A DNA stretch of 32,000 nucleotides, taken from Candidatus Saccharimonadota bacterium. Lineage in GTDB: Bacteria; Pseudomonadota; Gammaproteobacteria; Burkholderiales; Burkholderiaceae. Numbering within the stretch: the stretch's first letter is position 1; every line of letters starts with the position of its first letter. The notes under the pieces are model-generated. The model was given only the letters and a program-made list of their open reading frames with translations, made no database searches and had not been told where the DNA came from. Below are positions 1 to 9,125 of the stretch, in pieces. A program made the position numbers and the translations under genes. Location: assembly GCF_016593155.1 (NCBI RefSeq), contig NZ_AP023215.1:90001-122000 (forward strand), given 5' to 3'.

Positions 1-229
1 AAAACATAAATAAGTTTAATAATATAAATATATTTTTAAAAAAAATAAAAGTATAATGTTAAAGTAAAAAATATATTATATAATCTACTTTATTTATTCT
101 CTTATAATCTAATATTAAAAAATGGTTTAAAAATATTTAAAATAATAGATTGCAAAAATTAATATTTTATTAAATTAATTATTAAACCTAATTTTTTAAG
201 ATTTAAATTAACTTTATATTAAATAATAA

Positions 230-856
230 ATGAATATTTTTAAAAAATATAATAAATCAAATATAGATATGATTGGTTTAATACCAATGGTTATTGAAAA
301 AAATGGACAAAGAGAACGTTCTTATGATATTTATTCACGTTTATTAAAGGAACGTATAATTTTTTTAGTAGGTGTAATTAATGATTTATCTGCTAATTTG
401 ATTATAGCACAAATGTTATTTTTAGAAAGCGAAGATTCAAATAAAGATATTTTTCTTTATATTAATTCTCCTGGGGGATCAGTATCCTCTGGTATGGCTA
501 TTTTTGATACAATGCAATTTATTAAACCAAATGTTTCTACATTATGCATTGGTTTAGCTGCTTCAATGGGTGCATTTTTATTGGCGTCAGGAGCTAAAGG
601 TAAACGTTTTTCTTTACCAAATTCGCGAATTATGATTCATCAACCATTAGGAGGGGCACAGGGCCAGGCATCAGATATTGAAATTCAAGCACGTGAAATA
701 CTTTATCTTCGTCAACGTTTAAATGAAATTTTATCTGAAAAAACAGGTCATTCTGTAAAAAAAATCAGTAAAGATACTGATCGTGATAATTTTATGTCTG
801 CAAAAATGGCTATAGAATATTGCTTAATTGATAAAATTTTAAAACAAAGAAAATAA
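230..856 (+). CDS. clpP: ATP-dependent Clp protease proteolytic subunit ClpP
   Basis: 208-aa ORF. The catalytic Ser/His/Asp contexts are visible ([26 protein letters not shown]), as is the conserved [17 protein letters not shown] segment. It is followed by clpX and lon in the canonical order. The Met at 269 is an alternative start. Confidence 0.97.
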   Translation: MNIFKKYNKSNIDMIGLIPMVIEKNGQRERSYDIYSRLLKERIIFLVGVINDLSANLIIAQMLFLESEDSNKDIFLYINSPGGSVSSGMAIFDTMQFIKPNVSTLCIGLAASMGAFLLASGAKGKRFSLPNSRIMIHQPLGGAQGQASDIEIQAREILYLRQRLNEILSEKTGHSVKKISKDTDRDNFMSAKMAIEYCLIDKILKQRK

Positions 857-937
857 TTTTAATTTCAAGCTTTAAATTTATTTAAATTAATTTAATATTT
901 ATATATCTAATTAATATTTATATATCTAACTAAATAT

Positions 938-2200
938 ATGTCTTATATGTCTGAAAAAAAAAAATTAAATAATAAAAATTTTTTATTTTGTTCTTTTTGT
1001 AGTAAACATAAAAATGAAATAAAAAAATTAGTGTCCGGATCTTTTATGTCAATTTGTAATGAATGCATTAAATCATGTAATGAAATTATGTGTGATAATA
1101 ATACCCTTATTGTAAATTCAAATTCTAAAATTAAGGTAAATTTATCGACACCAAAGGAAATAACTAATTTTTTAAATAAATATGTAATTGGACAAAAAAA
1201 CGCAAAACGCATTTTATCTGTGGCTGTGTATAATCATTATAAGCGTATTCAATATTTTTTAAATAAAAATAATGAAGATGATGTTGAGTTATCGAAAAGT
1301 AATATATTAATAATTGGATCCACTGGATCTGGTAAAACTTTATTAGCACAAACCTTAGCTCGTATGTTAAATGTTCCATTTGTTATTACAGACGCTACAA
1401 CCTTAACAGAAGCTGGTTATGTTGGTGAAGATGTAGAAAATATTATACAAAAATTATTACAAAATTGTAATTATAACGTTGAAAAAGCGCAACAAGGAAT
1501 TATATATATTGATGAAATTGATAAAATTTCTCGCAAATCAGAAAATCCATCTATTACACGAGATGTTTCTGGAGAAGGGGTTCAACAAGCATTATTAAAA
1601 TTAATTGAAGGAACAATAGCCTCAGTCCCTCCAGCGGGAGGTCGCAAGCATCCAGATCAAAATTTTATACAAATTGATACAACTAACATTATGTTTATTT
1701 GTGGAGGAGCATTTAATGGGTTAGATAAAATTATATTAGAACGTTCTCAAAAAACAAGTATTGGATTTTCTGCAAAAATTACAAATGATAATGATAAAAA
1801 AATATTAAATCCAGAACCAAGAGATCTTATTAAATTTGGTATTATTCCGGAATTAATTGGACGTTTACCAATAATTATTACTTTACATGAACTCAATGAA
1901 TCAGCTTTAATGAAAATTTTATTAGAACCTAAAAATGCGTTAATTAAACAGTATTCAAAATTATTAAAAATGGAAAATGTAGAGTTAGAAATTAAGCCAA
2001 AAGCTTTAAATGCTATTGTTAAAAAAGCTTTAACGCGAAATGTGGGTGCCCGTGGTTTACGATCAATCATGGAAGAAACTTTGCTTAATATAATGTATGA
2101 GTTACCCAATAAAAAAAATGTTAAAAAAATAATTATTGATGAAGATTCAATTATTAATCAAGCTAAACCATCAATAATTTATCATGAGTCCACTAAATAG
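938..2200 (+). CDS. clpX: ATP-dependent Clp protease ATP-binding subunit ClpX
   Basis: 420-aa ORF with an N-terminal C4 zinc finger (CSFC...CNEC), Walker A GSTGSGKT, Walker [10 protein letters not shown] and the GARGLRS sensor motif. The second Met at 947 is a possible alternative start. Confidence 0.97.
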   Translation: MSYMSEKKKLNNKNFLFCSFCSKHKNEIKKLVSGSFMSICNECIKSCNEIMCDNNTLIVNSNSKIKVNLSTPKEITNFLNKYVIGQKNAKRILSVAVYNHYKRIQYFLNKNNEDDVELSKSNILIIGSTGSGKTLLAQTLARMLNVPFVITDATTLTEAGYVGEDVENIIQKLLQNCNYNVEKAQQGIIYIDEIDKISRKSENPSITRDVSGEGVQQALLKLIEGTIASVPPAGGRKHPDQNFIQIDTTNIMFICGGAFNGLDKIILERSQKTSIGFSAKITNDNDKKILNPEPRDLIKFGIIPELIGRLPIIITLHELNESALMKILLEPKNALIKQYSKLLKMENVELEIKPKALNAIVKKALTRNVGARGLRSIMEETLLNIMYELPNKKNVKKIIIDEDSIINQAKPSIIYHESTK

Positions 2201-2340
2201 ATAAATTATTTTTATGTAATCATTACAATAAAATATTATGCATTAATATAAATTAATATAGATTATAATTAAATTGAAAGATTCAGAAATTTTAAATTAA
2301 TAACAAATATTATTAATAATTTTTTTAAAAGATTTATTAT

Positions 2341-4683
2341 ATGACAAATTCTAAATCATCTAATGAGTATTTACAATTACCTTTATTAGTATTACAAGAT
2401 ATCGTTATATTTCCTTATATGGTAATGTCTTTATTTGTTAGTCGCCTTAAATCAAAAAAAGCATTAGAAGCCGCAATAAAAGGAAATGAAACAATAATAA
2501 TTTCAACACGAAAAAATTTTTTTACGAATGAGCCATCTGTTAATGATATCTATAAAGTCGGCTGTGTAGTTAATATTTTACAAGTTATTAAATTACCAGA
2601 TGGTAATATTAAAATATTAATAGAAGGAGTTCAAAGGGTAAAGATTCATTTTATAGATGAATTAAATTATTATATTGCTAATATAACTCCTATGACTGAT
2701 TCTAATACTACCAGTGCATCTGAGAACGAAGCAATGAGACGTACAATTATTCAAGAATTTGATAAATATTTAAAATTCAATAAAAAACTTTCTCCTGAAA
2801 TTTTAAAAATATTAATTAATATAAGTGATCCAAGTTTATTAATTGATACTATCATAGCTCATTTACCATTAAGAGTTGAACAAAAACAGTTTATATTAGA
2901 AACTCCTGGAGTTTTTCAAAGACATGAGCATTTAATATCCCAACTAGAAAATGAGCTTGATATTTTACAAATTGAAAAACGTATTCGTAGTCGTATTAAA
3001 CGACAAATGGAAAAATCTAATAGAGAATATTATTTAAATGAGCAAGTAAAAGCTATTCAAAAAGAATTAGGAGAAGAAGAAGAAGGGGTGGATTTGGAAG
3101 AACTTGAAAAGAAAATAATCTCAGCAAGAATGTCAAAAGAAGCCTTTGAAAAAGCTCATAACGAATTTCGTAAACTTAGATTAATGCCTCTTATGTCGGC
3201 AGAAGCAACTGTAGTACGTAATTATATAGATACATTAATTGCATTACCATGGAAAAAAAAATCTAAAATAAATAATTCATTAAATTACGCAGAAAAAATC
3301 CTGGAAGGAGATCATTATGGTCTTAATAAAATTAAAGAGCGAATATTGGAATATCTTGCCGTACAAAAACGTGTTAATAAATTAAAAGCTCCAATTTTAT
3401 GCTTCGTTGGTCCTCCCGGAGTCGGAAAAACATCTTTAGGAAAGTCCATAGCGCAAGCTACTAATCGTAAATTTATTAGAATGGCATTGGGTGGCATAAA
3501 AGATGAAGCTGAAATTAGAGGTCATAGACGAACTTATATTGGATCAATGCCAGGAAAAATTATTCAAAATATTTCTAAAGTTGGTGTAAAAAATCCTTTA
3601 TTTCTTCTTGATGAAATTGATAAAATAGGTATAGATTTTAGAGGAGATCCCGCTTCTGCTTTATTAGAAGTATTAGATCCTGAACAAAATCATACTTTTT
3701 CGGATAATTATATTGAGGTCTCTTTTGATTTATCAGACATAATGTTTATTGCTACATCAAATTCCTTTAATATACCTTCAGCATTATTGGATAGAATGGA
3801 GGTAATTCGTATCTCAGGTTACACCGAAGATGAAAAAACAAATATTGCATATCAATATTTATTACCAAAACAAATAAAAAATAATGGATTAAAAAAAAAT
3901 GAAATTAGTATTTCAGAATCAGTAATACGAGATATTATTCGTTATTATACAAGAGAAGCCGGAGTTCGATCTCTTGAGCGTGAAATTTCTAAAATTTGTA
4001 GAAAAGTAGTAAAAAAAATACTATTAAAAAATGAAAATAAAAAAAGTAAAAAAATTATTATATCTCCTAAAAATATAAATAATTTTCTTGGTGTACGTCG
4101 TTTTGATGATAGAATTATAGAAAATGAAAATAGAATTGGGCAAGTAATTGGATTAGCTTGGACTGATGTTGGGGGAGAAATTTTAACAATTGAAGCGGTA
4201 ATTGTGCCTGGAAAAGGAAAAGTTGTTAGAACCGGAACATTAGGGGATGTAATGAAAGAATCAATTGAAGCAGCATGCACTGTAGTGCGAAGTAGAGCTA
4301 ATAAACTTGGTATAAAGCATGAATATTTTGAAAAAAATGATATACATATTCATGTTCCAGAAGGAGCTACACCAAAAGACGGCCCTTCTGCTGGGGTTGC
4401 TATGACAATAGTCCTCATATCAGCTTTCACTGGTATTCCTGTTAATTCTAATGTTGCTATGACTGGAGAGATAACTTTACGAGGAGAAATTTTAAAAATT
4501 GGCGGGTTAAAAGAAAAATTATTAGCGGCACATCAAAATGGAATTAAAACTGTGCTTATTCCTGAACAAAATTTTAAAAATTTAATAGAAATTCCAGATA
4601 ATATTAAAAATAATCTTAATATCATTCCTGTGCGTTGGATTGATAAAGCCATAGAAATAGCATTAGAACATAAATCAAAATAA
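2341..4683 (+). CDS. lon: ATP-dependent protease Lon (LonA)
   Basis: 780-aa ORF with a Lon N-domain, Walker A GPPGVGKTS, Walker B LFLLDEIDK, the catalytic Ser in DGPSAG and the catalytic Lys in KIGGLKEKLLAA. Confidence 0.97.
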   Translation: MTNSKSSNEYLQLPLLVLQDIVIFPYMVMSLFVSRLKSKKALEAAIKGNETIIISTRKNFFTNEPSVNDIYKVGCVVNILQVIKLPDGNIKILIEGVQRVKIHFIDELNYYIANITPMTDSNTTSASENEAMRRTIIQEFDKYLKFNKKLSPEILKILINISDPSLLIDTIIAHLPLRVEQKQFILETPGVFQRHEHLISQLENELDILQIEKRIRSRIKRQMEKSNREYYLNEQVKAIQKELGEEEEGVDLEELEKKIISARMSKEAFEKAHNEFRKLRLMPLMSAEATVVRNYIDTLIALPWKKKSKINNSLNYAEKILEGDHYGLNKIKERILEYLAVQKRVNKLKAPILCFVGPPGVGKTSLGKSIAQATNRKFIRMALGGIKDEAEIRGHRRTYIGSMPGKIIQNISKVGVKNPLFLLDEIDKIGIDFRGDPASALLEVLDPEQNHTFSDNYIEVSFDLSDIMFIATSNSFNIPSALLDRMEVIRISGYTEDEKTNIAYQYLLPKQIKNNGLKKNEISISESVIRDIIRYYTREAGVRSLEREISKICRKVVKKILLKNENKKSKKIIISPKNINNFLGVRRFDDRIIENENRIGQVIGLAWTDVGGEILTIEAVIVPGKGKVVRTGTLGDVMKESIEAACTVVRSRANKLGIKHEYFEKNDIHIHVPEGATPKDGPSAGVAMTIVLISAFTGIPVNSNVAMTGEITLRGEILKIGGLKEKLLAAHQNGIKTVLIPEQNFKNLIEIPDNIKNNLNIIPVRWIDKAIEIALEHKSK

Positions 4684-5762
4684 CTTATTTTTAAAAAATT
4701 TATAAATAATAAATTTAATAATTTTTAAAAAGATTAATTAATTTATTTTGTAACTATTGATAAATTTTATTTTTTCCTCAACCAGAAAAACGTTTTATAT
4801 AAAAATAAACATTATTTTTTTATAAATTTTAGAAATAATTTTGTTAATAATACTATTTATTAGCTACACTATATATTAGTAAAATATATAGAATTTAATT
4901 TTTTATTTTATAAAATTAATTCTTTTTAAGATAATTAACTTTTTATATTTTATGATTTTAAGTAAATATTGTTTCCACTTAATTAAATTAAGTCATACTA
5001 TATAAAATGCAAATAACTAATACTATTACATAATTAACGTAACTACACTTAAAAACATATTAGCTATTCATAATTAATTTTTAATATATTAATACCAGTT
5101 TTAAATAATAGTAATTATAATAAAATATTGAAAATTTTTATTCATAAAATCATATATAACTTTTTTAATATTATATTTTTTTAAATTATAATTATAAATT
5201 ATTTCTGGTATTAATTTTTCTAACATATTTTTTATATTAAAATAATATTAATTGTATTATGTAAAGAGTAGCTTAATATATAAAATAATTAAAAAATCTA
5301 CCTATCTCTCTTATAAAAAACAATAAATACTACATGTAACTTATTTTAGTTAAATTTATACATTATTGTTTTTTAATTATATCTTATTAATTTTGTAATT
5401 TAATTTAATATTTATTTAAAATAAAAACCTTAAGAAAATTTTTTATAATAATAAATAGGATATTAGTATGATTAGCTATTAAAATTTAATTAAAATATTT
5501 TAATTTTTTTAAAAATATAATTAGAATTGTATAAAGATGAATAACTAAAATTATTAAATTAATAAAAACAGTATTATAATAAAATTATTCTTTTTTTAAA
5601 AAAATTATGTATTTAAATAAAAATAGTTTTATGCATAGTTATTTATCTTGTATAATTTAAAAATTGTTAATATTTAGTTAAAAGAACAATTTAGTTCTAA
5701 AACTGATATAACTTTAAAACGATAATAAGTAAATAGCAAAATTAACTGAAATAGGAATTGCA

Positions 5763-5966
5763 ATGGCAACTGGCGTCGTAAAATGGTTTAATGATTCTAA
5801 GGGTTTTGGTTTTATTACACCTGATGAAGGTGGTGAAGATTTATTTGCTCATTTTTCAGCTATTCAATCAAGTGGATTTAAATCTCTTCAAGAGAATCAA
5901 CGTGTTTCTTTTGAAGTAACTACAGGCCCTAAAGGAAAACAAGCTTCAAATATTCAAGCCATTTAA
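5763..5966 (+). CDS. cspA: Cold-shock protein, CspA family
   Basis: 67-aa ORF with the RNP1 motif KGFGFI and an RNP2-like segment (DLFAHF). AGGA lies 6 nt upstream of the ATG. A strong terminator follows. G+C is visibly higher than in the surroundings. Confidence 0.95.
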   Translation: MATGVVKWFNDSKGFGFITPDEGGEDLFAHFSAIQSSGFKSLQENQRVSFEVTTGPKGKQASNIQAI

Positions 5967-5990
5967 TTAAATTTTAATAAAATTTCATTA

Positions 5991-6024
5991 AATCCTCAAC
6001 TTAGGTTGAGGATTTTTTGTTTTT
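5991..6024 (+). terminator. Rho-independent terminator of cspA
   Basis: Perfect 10-bp stem AATCCTCAAC / GTTGAGGATT (5991-6000 and 6005-6014) with a TTAG loop, followed directly by TTTTGTTTTT. It begins 25 nt after the cspA stop. Confidence 0.85.
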
Positions 6025-6385
6025 AATATTATTTAACCAATTTACAGTTTTATATATACCGGATTTTAAATGTTTCTTTTGGTATCCAATTTAATTTTGA
6101 TACTAGTTAATATCTATAATGCCCAATCTATCGGTAAAAATAATTATATCAAAATAATTAACATTACATTTTCTATTAAATTTTTTAATCAAATCTAGAT
6201 ACAAAGAAATAATACTTAACATATACCAATCTCTAATTTACAACTCATTTCTATAAATTGGTAAATATTTTCCTAATAATATATAATATATTATTAATCA
6301 TTAAAAAAATCATTTTTTTCAAAAAATGATAAAAAAATAATTTCTACAACAATTTACTTATAAGATTTGATGCTACTTTTAACGT

Positions 6386-6423
6386 AAAATAGGGATTATT
6401 TAGAAAATATAGGGATTATTTGG
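6386..6423. repeat. Imperfect tandem duplication of an 18-20 bp unit
   Basis: AAAATAGGGATTATTTAG (6386-6403) is followed by AAAATATAGGGATTATTTGG (6404-6423). The exact 13-mer ATAGGGATTATTT occurs at 6389-6401 and 6409-6421. The G-containing core is unlikely to recur by chance in a spacer of about 90% A+T. Confidence 0.8.
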
Positions 6424-6580
6424 AGTATAAATGTTTTCTTCCATAGAAAGTTATCATTCTTGATAAAAAACTATAAACTTTATCAGTTTATATATGATCA
6501 TTTTAATTTCTTTAATTTAAATAAATAAAAACGAACCATCTCCAAAAAACTAAAAATATAAAACAATATTGTATTAATAA

Positions 6581-6600
6581 ATATATCTGGATATATCTGG
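6581..6600. repeat. Perfect 10-bp tandem duplication (ATATATCTGG x2)
   Basis: Read directly at 6581-6590 and 6591-6600. A T7 run follows. Confidence 0.8.
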
Positions 6601-6951
6601 TTTTTTTATATACAAGCGATTTTACATTAGTTTTTATTGCAAAATGTATTATTCAAAGCATATTAATTTTATATTTATCACAAATATTAGTTTTTAAAAA
6701 AAATAATGATTATTATCTATATTATTAATATTACCTCGTAGTAATTTAATTACTAGTGAAAAAAAAATGATTTTATTTAGGAAGTATATAAAGCAATATA
6801 ATCATTTTATATAAACATATCACCTCATCTTTTCTTGTTGAATTTATAAATACCCAGAATATATTATATATCTATATTTAAAATAAGATCTTTAGACTTT
6901 TTAAGTCAATCTAAATCTACGTCACCAGTAATAAAAATTATAAATAAAATA

Positions 6952-7653
6952 TTAAAATAATGAAGAAAAATCTAAATAATGAGCTATTAAATTAATATTT
7001 AAATTATATAAATATGGTATTTTACCAAATGAGGTTACATTTAAATACTTAGTAAGCTCAATATAATTTTCATTTGAAAATAATGTGTCTACCATTTGAA
7101 TATTATTAGCAACCCAACCAATAAGCTTTAATCCGCGAGAATTTATTGCCTCAACACTTAATAAAGCATGATTTATACAACCAATTTTTAAATCAATAAC
7201 TAAAATTACCGGTAAACCTAATTTTTCCGCTAAATCTGCACTATTTTCATGATCATTAAATGGTACAGAAAATCCACCAATTCCTTCCAATATAATAACA
7301 TCAGTTAAATTAGATAAATAATTATAACAATTAATAATATGAGAAATATTAATTATACGGTTTTCTAAATTAGAAGATGTATATGGTGAAATTGGATATT
7401 TAAATAAATAAGGATTAATTAATTTAGTAAAACTATATAAATTATTACTATATTTATTTAATAAATTTATATCTTCATTGATCCATATTTTATTTTTATT
7501 ATTAAAGTAGGCTCCAGATGCAACGGGTTTCATCCCAATACAAGATATACCACGTTTTTTAAATTCCGAAAGTAATGCACAACTGATTATAGTTTTTCCT
7601 ATATTAGTATTAGTTCCAGTAATAAAATAATGTAAAAAATTTTTATTTATCAT
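6952..7653 (-). CDS. bioD: Dethiobiotin synthetase BioD
   Basis: 233-aa ORF that is colinear with my recollection of E. coli BioD. Matching segments are the P-loop GTNTNIGKT (GTDTEVGKT in E. coli), KPVASG, ILEGIGGFSVP, LPVILVIDLKIGCINHALL and GWVAN. It lies 15 bp downstream of trxB on the same strand. Confidence 0.9.
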   Translation of the reverse strand: MINKNFLHYFITGTNTNIGKTIISCALLSEFKKRGISCIGMKPVASGAYFNNKNKIWINEDINLLNKYSNNLYSFTKLINPYLFKYPISPYTSSNLENRIINISHIINCYNYLSNLTDVIILEGIGGFSVPFNDHENSADLAEKLGLPVILVIDLKIGCINHALLSVEAINSRGLKLIGWVANNIQMVDTLFSNENYIELTKYLNVTSFGKIPYLYNLNINLIAHYLDFSSLF

Positions 7654-7668
7654 TTTTTATTTTTTAAT

Positions 7669-8664
<996 letters not shown>

Positions 8665-8720
8665 TTATTATAAATAATGTTTTTATTGTATAAAAATAAA
8701 AATTTTTATAATTAAATTTT

Positions 8721-8745
8721 ATACAATATCAATACAATATCAATA
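8721..8745. repeat. 11-bp tandem repeat (ATACAATATCA x2 plus a partial unit)
   Basis: Read directly at 8721-8731 and 8732-8742, with a partial ATA at 8743-8745. It lies in the trxB-ftsK divergent spacer. Confidence 0.7.
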
Positions 8746-9125
8746 TAAATAAATGCATAACTGATTTTATAATATTAAAGTTTTATTTTAAAAATTTTTT
8801 ATTATATATTTTTTTTAAAATAACATTATTATCTTTTTTAAATAATAAAATTATTGTGATAATATATAATAATATAATTATAGATGATATAATTATATTT
8901 AATTTATGTTTTATAGTTTTATAAAAAAATAAAATAAATTAATTCTTAAAGAAATTATTTATCATATAAAAAATTTTTATTTTAAATAATTTTTATTATT
9001 AATTTTATAATATTAATTAAAAATAAAATTAATATTAATATTGAATATATTTTATTTTTTTAAAATTTAATATATTACTATCTATATCTTTGGAGAAAAT
9101 ATGGAAAAATTATTAGTAATATAAT

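Noticed and set aside
5241-5267. A dif-like sequence (AATAATATTAATTGTATTATGTAAAGA), considered because of the FtsK context.
   Set aside because: Only the TTATGT portion of the XerD arm and a loose TGTAT core resemble the E. coli dif sequence I remember. The XerC arm is unrecognisable and the spacing is off by one. That is indistinguishable from chance in DNA of about 90% A+T.
4859-5480. The recurring word ATTAGCTA(TT) at 4859, 5059 and 5471, considered as a dispersed repeat or binding motif.
   Set aside because: My rough expectation for a 10-mer match containing one G and one C in a spacer of this size is not far below one. It needs genome-wide statistics before it means anything.
5649-5656. 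Sigma70 promoter calls, for example TG-TATAAT upstream of cspA, TTGCAA at 150-155 upstream of clpP and TTGTCA at 20879-20884.
   Set aside because: TATAAT-like and TTGNNN-like hexamers occur every few dozen bases at this A+T content. None has a matching partner at 16-18 bp that I would trust, so I did not report them as features.
4684-5762. The large AT-rich spacer as a replication origin.
   Set aside because: I found no TTATCCACA-type DnaA box within 2 mismatches; the best candidate, GTTTCCACT near 4971-4979, has 3. There is no switch in gene orientation and no dnaA, dnaN or gidA nearby.
6309-6330. An A/T-only hairpin ATCATTTTTT-TC-AAAAAATGAT, along with similar all-A/T palindromes after clpX, after lon and after tRNA-Leu, considered as terminators or regulatory stems.
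   Set aside because: Stems made only of A/T homopolymer runs are expected by chance at this composition and would be thermodynamically marginal. None sits in a convincing position relative to a gene end.
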